Origin: Nemertoderma westbladi | Taxonomy: Eukaryota > Animalia > Xenacoelomorpha | Assembly: GCA_032718475.1 (NCBI GenBank) | Contig: JAUCBJ010000109.1 | Location: 17,592-81,591 of the forward strand | Reading direction: 5' to 3' | Length of the DNA stretch: 64,000 bases | Shown: in pieces, positions 52,161 to 63,339 of the stretch | Position numbering within the stretch: the stretch's first letter is position 1 | Layout: each line of letters begins with the position of its first letter | Notes under the pieces: generated by a model | Told to the model about the DNA's origin: nothing | What the model saw: the letters and a program-made list of their open reading frames with translations, nothing else | The model's database searches: none | Made by a program: the position numbers and the translations under genes

Positions 52161-53477
52161 TCAGAGTTTATGCGATTATTCGCAACATTCATGTCCCCAA
52201 GTTTATCCCTACAGTAATTGTGCTTGTTATACATACCGTTATAGTTAAATTAACCCCGGTACTACACGGGCTGCTTGGCGTAGGACAAGACTGGTGACTT
52301 TGTGCTCTGGTCACTCCAGCAGATGCCGTGGTTCTTTTAACTGTTCAAGTATATTTAACTACTGATTATTTGTTGTACCAGTACTTGTACCTAATTTAGG
52401 GTTTAGTGTACAGTGCTTCCGAGAGTAATTAGTGTGTAGGCAGTATATTTGTGTTGTAAAGTGGTTGATAGGCACATTCGTTAGCTCTATTAACTTCTAG
52501 GTAGGAACACTCCGTGATACATAACGTAGTACCTATAGCGAAACGGTTATAGGTCGTTAGGCGGTGGTATTTTCCTATCTGGACAGTGCAATATATTTAC
52601 TACTACTTATTATTTCAAATACCGTAGTACCCTGTCCGTTGTAATAACCAGAATCTAACCCTTGGTTAGGCTGGTTAGTAGTTTCCCTGTAAAATTACCC
52701 TAAAATTTCGTACGTAATATTTTGTTGTGTTTTAATTAGAGAATTAATCTCACCCGTATCGTAAGTAATTTGTAGTATTAAGTAACTTAGGTAAATTAGA
52801 ATTATCAGTTTTAGTGTCTCAATAAGTAACACTTCACTGAGAGCGCACAGCTTCTGTGTAGTGACTCTCCCAGAAATAATAACATTTATTTCAAATATTG
52901 ACAAAAAACCCATTTAAACGGGTATATATCTATTATAAATCAACTCAAACGATTTATAAATAGTAGGCCTGCCTTACAACAACTAGGTCTCAATATCAGT
53001 TGGACTACTGCTTAAATAACGGTAATAAAGTAAGTTAAAGTAACCAAGTAACCCTAAAATATTCAGAAATTCAATTATTCTAAAAAATAATTGACATACC
53101 GGTACTTACCATAGGCTTATTATATTTATTTCTATAAATTTGAGCTGAAATCATACCGGTATTCTGTAATTAATTCTAGTTCATAATTATACTTATATAT
53201 ACTATAAGTGTCAGCTGTATACCGGTATTCACGATAGGCCTATTATATATTATATATATTTGTGCTAAAATTATATACCGGTACTCTGTGACAAATCTAG
53301 TCTGTAATAATGCTTATATATACTATAAGCATACCGGTATTCTAATATATTGTATATATATCACGTTACACCGAGTAACGGTACCGGTAATAAATCGCTA
53401 GGCTTGCGGTCATACTGAATTACCAGACTTGCTTTAACTGAAACTATAGTAGTAGACATTCAACTGTATAGCTAAAC

Positions 53478-56400
53478 ATGTCTGACACTCAGCAAAACCT
53501 GTCAGACAGTCTGATCGATACAACCATCTGTGACACAGATAGGAGTGTGGAGCGATTAAGAAAGGAGTTCAGCTCACCTCCTACTGCAAGAAAGGTCATC
53601 CCTCCAGTAGTATCAGACCCTAGGCTAATCCACCATAGGTCCATCATAGGCACTCGGGCACAGGTCAAACGGAACCAAGAGGCAGTTGTCCCATCGCAGC
53701 AACATCTTGGTCAAGAACCTACTTCCCAGCGACCCGATAGCTCCAGTAGTTCGGATACTGTAGAGCTGACCCCCGAAAGCGGAGTGCAGATAGCTGCTAC
53801 AGTCTACTCGGACCCCCTTCTTACCCTTCCTGCTGCAGTGCTAACTACTATATTCATTGCGGTGGAGGAACATCAAGCCGACTGGGCGAGAAATAAGCGA
53901 GCGACCCAAGATAATTATGCGGGATACGCCAGGGAAGAATTGATGTCTATTGTCGAGTCACAATGGAACTTTCCCGGACTCGGACTCCCGTTGGATCTGT
54001 CCGAGGCTACTTGGGAAGATATACACAGGATGGGAGTGGCTAAAGATACAATGGATCCAGCTGTTTGGAAGAGGTCGGCAGCAGGATATGTGCAGGGATT
54101 CTTCGGCTCCTTGGAGCGATTGGAAGAACAACTGTTTCGACAACCTCAAGGACCTCAAGAGCAGGAAGAGCTGCTATACCAAGTACGCGAAAGAACCCTA
54201 CGCATTCGACCAATCCTCTCAGCCTTTGAGGAAACTTCCAAAAGAAGACAGGACACGTCGCTGCAGGTTGCTGTCAAAACTTGGTTACATCGGGTAGGTC
54301 TCAAAGTACAGGAAACGGCCCAGTGGAAATCCCAGCTGGCTGAGAGATCACCCTATGAAGAACAAACTGATGTCAACCTTTCTCAAGCAGAAAGCGAAGA
54401 GACCGCCGAGAAACTGCGAACTAGAGACGCTATCGACATTTATTTGTCCGACTATCAGCGTTTCCTAGGAGACGAAGAGTTGAGGAGACGGCTGTCTGGA
54501 CTTTCCCCTAATAGTGAAGGAACCAAGCTTGTGTTGGACTCAATCGATGCCGAAATGTTAGCTGCAAACCAAGCTGAATGTGATGAAAAACTCCGCCTCA
54601 CTAGAGTCCGAGAAGAACAAGTAAAGAAAGAATGGATAGAGAAAAGAAAGGTGGCAGCAGCAGCGGCGGCAGAAGCAGAAGCCGAAAGAAAGGCGGCAGA
54701 AGCAGAAGCCGAAAGAAAGTCGGCAAAAGCAGAAGCCGAAAGAAAGGCGGCAGAAGCAGAAGCAGAAGCCGAAAGAAAGGCGGCAGAAGCAGAAGCAGAA
54801 AGAAAAGCAGCAGTGGCAGAAGCAGAACGTAGAGCTTCTGAGGAGACTATCCAATTGGAGTTGGAAAATCTGCAAGAGACGCAAGACAGTATAAATAAAC
54901 AGTTTACTGCTAATCAAATGCAGATGATGAGAAAATCTACTCCCAAGCGCCAGGGATACACATCCTCGGAGGAAGGCGAGACTACCGATCCTGAAGGCGG
55001 AGGAAATAGATCTCATCTAAGTAGGCGTAGAAAAACATCTTACCGTCGCAAATTGCCTGATTTGCCCCCAGCTGTTAGAAGACAGCTAGCTAGCACAGAC
55101 TTGAGTAGTATAGAACCTACAGCCCAAAGTATTAAGGTCCAAAGACTCTCTACAATAGTTGATGAGCCTGAGATAATTAGGCCTGTCGTTCCCAAAGTCA
55201 CTTCTGTGTTAGAGACCCCTGTACTTCCAGAGCTTAACTCTAAATTCCCTTTACATAGTACTACACTGCCTGTACCCGGTGGAACGGTCCAAGAGAATAT
55301 CCCTGTCCAGATAGCAGAGAGAGAAATCAAAAATTTGTCTCCCGTCGTCCCGCGTCAGCCCGCTACTATGTTGGCGACTCCCGCTTCGGCGGTTGAGTGG
55401 GTGGAAGAGGGATGGCGGGGGATGAATCTCCTGCTAGGACAGATGCAGGAGACTGTCCACCAACTTAAGGGAACAGTGAGGGAAGGTAGAGCAGAGTTGC
55501 AAGAAGTGCAGCAAAGTATCGCGCTAGAACGCGACAAATTAGTCAATATACAAAAGGGCATACCAATACCCCCTGTAACATTGTGTCAACCTGTTAGGTC
55601 TGAAGTATTACATGCGCAAGGTGTGGAGCCTACACGCATCTATACGGCTAGTGAAGTTGAAACTCCTATAGCAAACCCTATTAAGGGTGATTATAGACCT
55701 GTTATTAATGATATTCCCTATAGACCTGATAATGATCCGAGAAATTTATATACCGATAATTCGATATTAAATAACACGATGGCCCAAGAAAGCTTTACGC
55801 GTCAGATGGCTAGAACAGAAGCCCGCCAAGCGGTCAAAGTGGGAGAGATCGTCAAATTCAATGGAGATGAGATGAAATGGTTACCTTTCAACGAATATTA
55901 CAAAGATAGCATACAGAATTCTGTACTATCTAACGGAGAGAAACTTAGATTCCTCATCAAGTGCTTGGAAGGACCTCCCAAGTTAATGGCGTTAAAGTTT
56001 ATTGGACATCCAGACGGATTAAGACAAGTTTGGGATACATTAAACATCAGGTATGGTAACAAGGATAACATAGCTAAGTATTTGTATGCAAAATTAGTAG
56101 CCCCCCGACACTTCCTTAGTAGCGGGATTATAGAGTTTTCCGATGAAATTCAAGAGATCTGTAGACAACTGGACTGGTTAGGTAAGTCGCATGAATATCA
56201 GAGTTCCATGGTTATTGGAGCCGTAGTCTCTACTTTACCAAAGGGTGGAGTATGTACACGCTGGGACAAGAAAGTGTTGTACATGAATGAACAACAACGA
56301 CGAAGTCCTACCATGGCTGATCTCATGTCCTTCTTAGATAGTGAAGTAAAATTACAACTCATAAGGCAGTCCAGAGAGAAAACATCGGAAAATAAGGTAA

Positions 56401-58121
56401 GTGAGAAACCCGTTTCTAGGAGAAGGATAATACCAGTGTGTTATACTGACGACGGCGAAAGCCAAGCTTCTCAAGAAGAGGACAGCGGGAAAGACACAGC
56501 AAAATCTTACTATGACAACAAGACCTATAAAGACGTAAGTAAATACAAGTCTCGAACCAGTGACAGGAGAGAACAGGTAACAACAACTCCTCCTACGTCT
56601 CCTAAGAGAATTCACGGAAGAAAGCCCGAAGAAAGAACGAGAGTGCAGAACGTTAACCAAGTTAAGGTGAGTAACATCAAACCAAAATGTGCGCTGTGCG
56701 ACGGGCCCCACCGTTTGAGTGCGTGTGCTGAATTTCTAAAGAAATCCCTTGTAGACAGACGTACAGTCCTGTGGAATAAGCGGTTATGCTATAATTGCCT
56801 CAGATCAGGACACCAACGGCGAACCTGTTACTCCGACATAAAGTGTGCAAAGTGTGGCGCGAAACATCACATCTTGTTACACAGTGAGTTCGAACGAGAC
56901 AAACTGAGTCAGGTAAGTGAGCCCGAACTACATGTCCAATTCAGTGATGTAAACGACACTGATCAAGAATCTGAGATGGAAGGATTCTATACTGACGAAT
57001 TCTCCGACGCCAACGAATCCTGTTATCTAATCAATACCGCAGTGTATAGAGCACTTACTTATGAAAAGGACACCAACAATGAGTTTCCCCCAACTACTTT
57101 TGCCAAACAACCATCTTGGAAAGCTCCAACTTCCAACGTAGGAATCAGAGAATTTCCTGTAGTTCAAGTAAGAGTTCACGGTCTTAACAAAAGCTACATA
57201 GTGAACGCCCTCCTTGACTCCGGCAGCACAGGAACATTCATCGATCAAGAACTAGCCGAAGATATCTTTGCTGGACAACCCAAGTTCCGGACTAAATTGA
57301 ATATGTCAGGAATTATGCAGGTTTGGAAATCTACCCTAACGGCAGATTACTATGTAGGTGTGTTGTCCACCCCCCAGGATAAGTTAGGAACACAAGGTAT
57401 AAGGTCAGTAAAAATGGTGGCTATAAAGAACTTTGCTACTACTCAAGCAGACCTTTATAATTGGGACGAGGATGAGAGCATCCAACATCTTAAGATACCT
57501 CGATTCCAGACAGATTATCCTGGAGTGCAAATACTCATCGGCCAAAACGCGCACGAGGCGCTCGAAACATTAGAGAAACGGCCTGCTCAACCACAGCCAC
57601 TGCAAACCTATGCGGTAAGAACTAGAGTAGGTTGGTACTTTACTGGCCCTTCCCGCAGAACTCTTGAAGAAAGATTGCCACAAGACCGGCTACTTCAAGT
57701 AAAGGATTGGGAAGAGGGGAGCAGTGAAGTGGACGAACCCACTGAGGGAACACCATACTCCTCAGATAATGACGATATTAACTCCAATGTAGATCAATGG
57801 AGACATCGCCCCGAGATGATTAATCTAGCCGACATCGCTTCCAGAGGAACAACTCCTCAAGAACGGATAGATACTCCCGGCTGGTTAGGTGGACCCGACT
57901 CCCTAAGTAAAGAAGAAGATGAATGGCCTCCTCATCTTACCACGGCGGATATTAGACAGGCCAAGGGAGCGGAGGAAGTAACACGACAGCCTAATCGCCC
58001 AGCTGGTCGTTTAGGTTTACTGGAAAGAGACCGAAAACTGTCCGGAAACCATGGAAGGCAAGATACTCTTCCTACGACCACTTCCCTAATTCGACAAAGA
58101 TCTAGGGACTCCATAACGTAA
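53478..58121 (+). CDS. gag-pro: Intact 1547-aa Gag-protease polyprotein with RNase H-tail remnant; no RT or integrase
   Basis: Three BEL-type knuckles; ALLDSGS; QWRHRPEMINLADIASRG...WLGGPDSL...EWP; no YxDD or integrase motif seen. Confidence 0.9.
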   Translation: MSDTQQNLSDSLIDTTICDTDRSVERLRKEFSSPPTARKVIPPVVSDPRLIHHRSIIGTRAQVKRNQEAVVPSQQHLGQEPTSQRPDSSSSSDTVELTPESGVQIAATVYSDPLLTLPAAVLTTIFIAVEEHQADWARNKRATQDNYAGYAREELMSIVESQWNFPGLGLPLDLSEATWEDIHRMGVAKDTMDPAVWKRSAAGYVQGFFGSLERLEEQLFRQPQGPQEQEELLYQVRERTLRIRPILSAFEETSKRRQDTSLQVAVKTWLHRVGLKVQETAQWKSQLAERSPYEEQTDVNLSQAESEETAEKLRTRDAIDIYLSDYQRFLGDEELRRRLSGLSPNSEGTKLVLDSIDAEMLAANQAECDEKLRLTRVREEQVKKEWIEKRKVAAAAAAEAEAERKAAEAEAERKSAKAEAERKAAEAEAEAERKAAEAEAERKAAVAEAERRASEETIQLELENLQETQDSINKQFTANQMQMMRKSTPKRQGYTSSEEGETTDPEGGGNRSHLSRRRKTSYRRKLPDLPPAVRRQLASTDLSSIEPTAQSIKVQRLSTIVDEPEIIRPVVPKVTSVLETPVLPELNSKFPLHSTTLPVPGGTVQENIPVQIAEREIKNLSPVVPRQPATMLATPASAVEWVEEGWRGMNLLLGQMQETVHQLKGTVREGRAELQEVQQSIALERDKLVNIQKGIPIPPVTLCQPVRSEVLHAQGVEPTRIYTASEVETPIANPIKGDYRPVINDIPYRPDNDPRNLYTDNSILNNTMAQESFTRQMARTEARQAVKVGEIVKFNGDEMKWLPFNEYYKDSIQNSVLSNGEKLRFLIKCLEGPPKLMALKFIGHPDGLRQVWDTLNIRYGNKDNIAKYLYAKLVAPRHFLSSGIIEFSDEIQEICRQLDWLGKSHEYQSSMVIGAVVSTLPKGGVCTRWDKKVLYMNEQQRRSPTMADLMSFLDSEVKLQLIRQSREKTSENKVSEKPVSRRRIIPVCYTDDGESQASQEEDSGKDTAKSYYDNKTYKDVSKYKSRTSDRREQVTTTPPTSPKRIHGRKPEERTRVQNVNQVKVSNIKPKCALCDGPHRLSACAEFLKKSLVDRRTVLWNKRLCYNCLRSGHQRRTCYSDIKCAKCGAKHHILLHSEFERDKLSQVSEPELHVQFSDVNDTDQESEMEGFYTDEFSDANESCYLINTAVYRALTYEKDTNNEFPPTTFAKQPSWKAPTSNVGIREFPVVQVRVHGLNKSYIVNALLDSGSTGTFIDQELAEDIFAGQPKFRTKLNMSGIMQVWKSTLTADYYVGVLSTPQDKLGTQGIRSVKMVAIKNFATTQADLYNWDEDESIQHLKIPRFQTDYPGVQILIGQNAHEALETLEKRPAQPQPLQTYAVRTRVGWYFTGPSRRTLEERLPQDRLLQVKDWEEGSSEVDEPTEGTPYSSDNDDINSNVDQWRHRPEMINLADIASRGTTPQERIDTPGWLGGPDSLSKEEDEWPPHLTTADIRQAKGAEEVTRQPNRPAGRLGLLERDRKLSGNHGRQDTLPTTTSLIRQRSRDSIT

Positions 58122-59543
58122 TTATATATGGAGTGGGTGTATGTCTATATTATTTTATCTATTTTTATTACATTTTATATGTAAATGTTATTATGTACGT
58201 TATTATAATCGTTTTTATTTAATTTTATTTAGTAAAATGTTATTTTAGAATATTTAGTAAATTAGTGCAATATATTAGTGTTTATTACGTATTTAATTAC
58301 TTATAATATATTTAGTGCGACGGCAAGAAATAACTATTTTCTCTTTCCTTACTGTCCGTATTATATTATAAATGCGAGACTATAGTAAGATGACATATCA
58401 GTAATTCTTAAAGTACAATAAAGCCACTACTATATTTAAGTATTATTGGTAGGCAGAGTATTAGGAATGCAAAGTTCAGATCCTCGTGTCTCGGCTAAAC
58501 CAAGCTCTGGGTAGACCTTGGAAACGACTTGCCTCTTCACACTGACATTGCTTCGTGCGATATTGCTCTTCTACCTTATAACAAATAATACATATAGTAG
58601 CGTGATGTCCCTCTAACAGTAGCGTAAATCGCAAATAAATCTGTTAAACGTTTTGACCATCTGTAATTCTAGTCGATTAAGATATCGTGGCACCCACCGA
58701 TATACTTGAAAGACAAATTCTAGAATCAGTGGTTAACGTCCCCAGACAAGTTCTGGAATAAATCGGTGCTCATCCTAAATATTAATTTAATATTTATTAA
58801 AATCTGTAAAATCCCGATCCTTTAAAATTTCTAGTCAATTAAGATATCGCAGTATTTACCGATATTCTTAGAAGGACTATTTTATAGAATTAAGGATCCT
58901 AAGTCCCCAGATATGCTCTGGAATAAAATTTGTGTCAATTTAACATCAAATAATAAAATTCACGGGAATAAATTTAAATTCATATTCAAATGAATTTCAT
59001 AAATTGTCATTTTGTGCAATTTATAACATTCCCAAAATTCCAGTAATTAATAGATCATGGGAGCGGAGATTCATATTGAGTGTACTAGAGTGCGAGAATC
59101 TCCAACATATAGTCAATAGCCGATAAAATTTATAAAATCATGCATAAAGAGGATATTGACAATTAAAGAATTACTATTAAATAACATCCCAGATCTGTAT
59201 GCATGAGAATTACCCTAATTCTACCGCTAGTTTTCCATAATGTCACCATGGCAACACCCACGCTAGAATTAGAAGCAAGTTAAAGGAACAATAAAAAGCT
59301 TGCCCATTGCGTAGCATAAGAGTATACATAGCGCACTATTAGTATCCAAGGATACATAGTAATAACGTGACATTCTGGAAGACACTGATTAACGGACAAA
59401 TGGCCTGCATGTGTGCAGTAAGTAATGATTGTATGGAATTTGTGCGTTTATAGGTGAATGTTACTACTAAAGTGTGTTTACAGTAGCTAATCGCAATTGT
59501 AAAGTAGCCCTAACTCTACCGAGATAACCTCAAGTGGATTCAA

Positions 59544-59663
59544 GCCTTTGGGACGGACAGTGGTGGGACTTGTGCCGGTTATCGTTGTCGTGCTGTTGCT
59601 ACATGTTGGCGTAAACACCGCGACAACGGTACATCGGCGCTGAGAAACCCACTGTCCGGGGGC
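59544..59663 (+). promoter_or_regulatory. Conserved long RNA stem-loop upstream of accessory ORF (copy 2)
   Basis: GGACAGTGG/CCACTGTCC and TATCGTTGTCG/CGACAACGGTA arms. Confidence 0.6.
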
Positions 59664-59738
59664 AAAGACTAGTAGGCAACGACGCCCACTTGCCTAAATA
59701 TTGACTCATACTAATATTAATAAACTCAGATAGCAGAT

Positions 59739-61188
59739 ATGACGGAATTAATAGAAGATGATCTTGGTATCAGGGAACGATATACTCTACCTTTACGAGC
59801 ATTTGTGGATAGCTTGATACGCGGTGAAGCCGATCCAACCATTACGGAGGACGATGGTCGTTATATCGAACCGCCGATGTCCCAAGAGCAACTTACGCGT
59901 GAATTGGACTATCGAAAATTAACCGCTCGCTATACGCATCGTAATGGTACGTATATGGACTTCCTAACTACCGGCCATCCTATCGATTTACATGATACGG
60001 ACGATGTATACACCGAAAGGGAAATGGTTCTATTTAAATATCATACCCAGCGGAGTCGTAACGATAAACCGAGAATAGATCACGAAAATTATATTCGTAA
60101 CAGACTGTGAAGACGAACCAATATGCCTAGAATCTGAGGAGATTCAGTCTATCGCGCCCGGAACAACGACAACGATTACCTCCTAGAATGGTATCAAGGT
60201 CCACAGTGTCTCACTGCGTACGATTATCGCCATGCCAACTATGTTTCTCGGCAATGTTGTCGGTTATGCGCATCGAGAGACCATGTTACGCCCATGGACA
60301 CAAACGTCCGCTGTTCCTATTTCCACGAACAACCGACGATGGAAATTTATTGCGCGTATTACAGACTCAATAACTTGCACATTTTTGCGGTTTGCCCTCA
60401 ATTTATGACTCAATGTCACCATTGTCAACTAAAGGGACGCGCCAGTTTCGATTGCCCTTTTTAATCACGATTTGGAAAGCGTAGATGAAATGATCACACT
60501 ACGTTACATCAGAGCTTGGGAAGCGAACGCTGATTTACATTGTGATTCACGCCATCGTTATTATCCTGGACGCGCTTACGAAGGAGTTTATGCGTTCCAT
60601 CCTTATCTATTCGCTTCTGTCGAACAGAAATCACGCATATCGAGTTACGAACTACTGAAGCGCGTCGGAGAATGTATTTCAACCAAGTTCGTACGCAAAT
60701 TTCTCAGGAGCATTAATCCGAGTGACATCTATTCTTACAACTTAATAAACTTTATCCGTCAAGACCCTGCCTATGGAGACTTATTTGTCAACTCACACCC
60801 CGAGTTACAGGAAGTATATCGACGGCCTTACGAGTACCGAGCCCGCGAACGCGAGTTGGAAAGAACCATTAAACCAAGGAAGTTTCTGACTGCCTATGGC
60901 CCACCCACGGCTCTCGTTCAGACGACTCTTAAAGGACCCGTAAGAGCAGCCGTCTTAAAACGCGCTCTAAAGGTCGTTGAACCCCTCCCCACCGAAGTGG
61001 AAGTCGACCAACCCGGCACTTCGACCGGCGGATATACCGATCGTAATCCCATACCTTCTGATGCAATCATATTGCACCCTTCACCCAGGAGTTATAGCCC
61101 TCCTTGTAAAGTGGCTCGCCCCAAAGAGAAAAGGACTCTTGCTAGCTTTAAAAAACTGCGTAAACGCCGTCCGCGCAAGAAAGACTAA
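59739..61188 (+). pseudogene. 3' accessory ORF (~480 aa reconstructed), Cys/His-rich, with a basic C-terminus
   Basis: ORFs 59739-60110 and 60472-61188 join through two in-frame TGAs and one frameshift near 60460; the middle reads CRLCASRDH...CAYY..H....C...CHHCQLKGRASFDC. Confidence 0.7.
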
Positions 61189-61266
61189 CTGTTTAGAGTA
61201 TTTTTATATTTTAGAAACTGTGATTTTGTATATTTTATAGACTTAAATCCCATTTTCTGGGAGCGG

Positions 61267-62472
61267 TGTAAAAGCTTTTGTGGGATAACTGATTCGTTTG
61301 CCTTGCTGGCCAGTTCCCCCCCGGTCGCTAGAATACTCTAAAAGGGATCTATAGCTAAAATAGTGCAAGCTACCAGCTTATTGGCTGATGTGCTGTACGA
61401 AGGTATCTGGGCTCCGTTTAATCGGCCAACCAGCTTAGGGAGGTTGCCTCAGCCCTGCTGTCCGTATCGGCCAATAGAATTTGAGTGGGCATTGATTTTG
61501 ACCTATCCCAGAGCTACTGAACTGAATTTCCTATCTGTATGCTCATCCTCTGTGTTGGACGGGAGCTTCGGGGAATAAGGGTAGTTGGTATCCTCGTATA
61601 GTCATCTAGTCATATGATTCTTCATATGATTCTGTTGTTATGTTCCCATTTTTCGCCATAACACCGGCTTTTGGGAAGAACTCCAGTAAAACTGCTTAAA
61701 TTATCGAAAGTATAACTGTTACCTCACTCACTCACTAACTTACCTAACTCACTTAATTTAACTGCACTAATCATATTGTTTGTACTGTTATTTACCGTCA
61801 GTTATTAATTGTATCGATTTGTTGATTAATTATTGCCCTTTGGAGAATACGGATAAATCACCCAAAATTCCCAATTTTCTTGATACACTACAGGTTAGAG
61901 AGACAGGCTATATATAACAATTGCGATTTATATCAATGTGGTGTGTATTGAATCTAATGTTATTTAGCAGACCCTACATGAGTCAATTGCCGCTCTCTTT
62001 ATGTGTGATCAAATTTACTGACGGTCGGCAGAATAGTGTGCATGATTGTGATTGGTAACAAAGCATTTCCTAAAGAATTTCCTAATGCGCCTTATACTTT
62101 AATCATAAGCAGTATCGTTGCGTTTAGTATAAGTCCTAGTTCTGTTTAAATAGATAGAGCGCCACGTCCTAAAGGAACTGTTAATATTTCCCGAAAGCCA
62201 ATAATATCTGTCAGAAATTAACTATTAACGATCTATCGAATAATACAGTAGATTTACACTGCAACCTTACACTGCAATAATAAAATTTAAGCATCCGAAT
62301 TCAGCCTCCCGGGTGTAGATCCATCGGGTGAATGATCGCGCATGGGCTGGCTTCGGCTAACGTTTTGTTTATTAGCATAAAATATTGTCGTATGCTAAAG
62401 GTGTTTTAATTAACTAAAAGACATATAAATTTTGGCAGGTTAAACTGCTAAAGGTCTTCAAAAGCGCGAACA
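61267..62472 (+). repeat. 3' LTR of copy 2 (~1.2 kb)
   Basis: TGTAAAAGC...GCGCGAACA followed by the TSD. Confidence 0.95.
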
Positions 62473-62517
62473 ACAGTATTAGTAGGCCTACTGTAGTACA
62501 GTAGTACGTTTGAACAG

Positions 62518-63323
62518 CACTAGCCCAACAAGCCTGAAGCTGAAATCAGTTAAATCATGGTACCGGTATAGCAGGTATGTGCGCCATCTTGAGGATTGCG
62601 CGGGTATTATTTATTAAGTTCTTGGAATGAAATTTATTATTTTAATGTAATTCTATATTAAATATTACAAGGTAAATAAATAGCTGTTGCAATACGGTTA
62701 AGTTTATTTCATATGTAGGACATGAAAAGGGCTGTTTGGCATATGGGTTATGGGTTGGTTTAAGACATACTAGTAGTTGGCCCTGTAAAGGACCGTTTGC
62801 TTTTGTTAGGTCACTTCAGTTCTTACAGTAGTATATAGACATTCAGCACGAGTGGTAAATGCTTGAAAAGATCAAGGAGATTAGGGGAAGGTCGGTTGTG
62901 ATTTAAAACTCTCTCCCAGGTGGACAGCAATAAGATGTGGGCGACGGATGGTACGAATACAGGAAATTACGCAAACGAGACATTACCGGTACACCAACTC
63001 ACCAACAAAATAGGATATGCGACTTTACGCAAACTGGCAGTTACGCAAACGTGACCTAACGATTGCGGATTACTGATATTTCTTTAAGTCGCTCCACCCC
63101 ACATCGACTCTCTATACGTTGAGTGGGGACCCAATACAGTAACAGTACAGTATAGTAGTGTTCTAATATAATACTGTATAATACAACACAATATAATAGT
63201 ATACTGTAGCACAGTAAGACAACGGATATTGTCTGTCCTCAAGATGGCGCACAATACTGCTATACCGGTACCAGTAACAATATTTATCAGTTTCTATCTG
63301 AATTCAGGCTTTTACGGCTAGTG
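62518..63323. mobile_element. MITE-like element with ~80-bp imperfect inverted termini
   Basis: CACTAGCC..AAGCCTGA..TGGTACCGGTATAGCAG..GTGCGCCATCTTGAGGA is mirrored at 63236-63323; no clear TSD. Confidence 0.6.
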
Positions 63324-63339
63324 TGGAATACAGTACCGG

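Larger units (their letters stand above)
49108..62472 (+). mobile_element. Complete non-autonomous BEL/Pao LTR retrotransposon, copy 2
   Basis: Near-identical LTRs TGT...ACA; 5-bp TSD ACAGT (49103-07, 62473-77); PPT-like GGGAGCGG at 61259-66. Confidence 0.95.
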
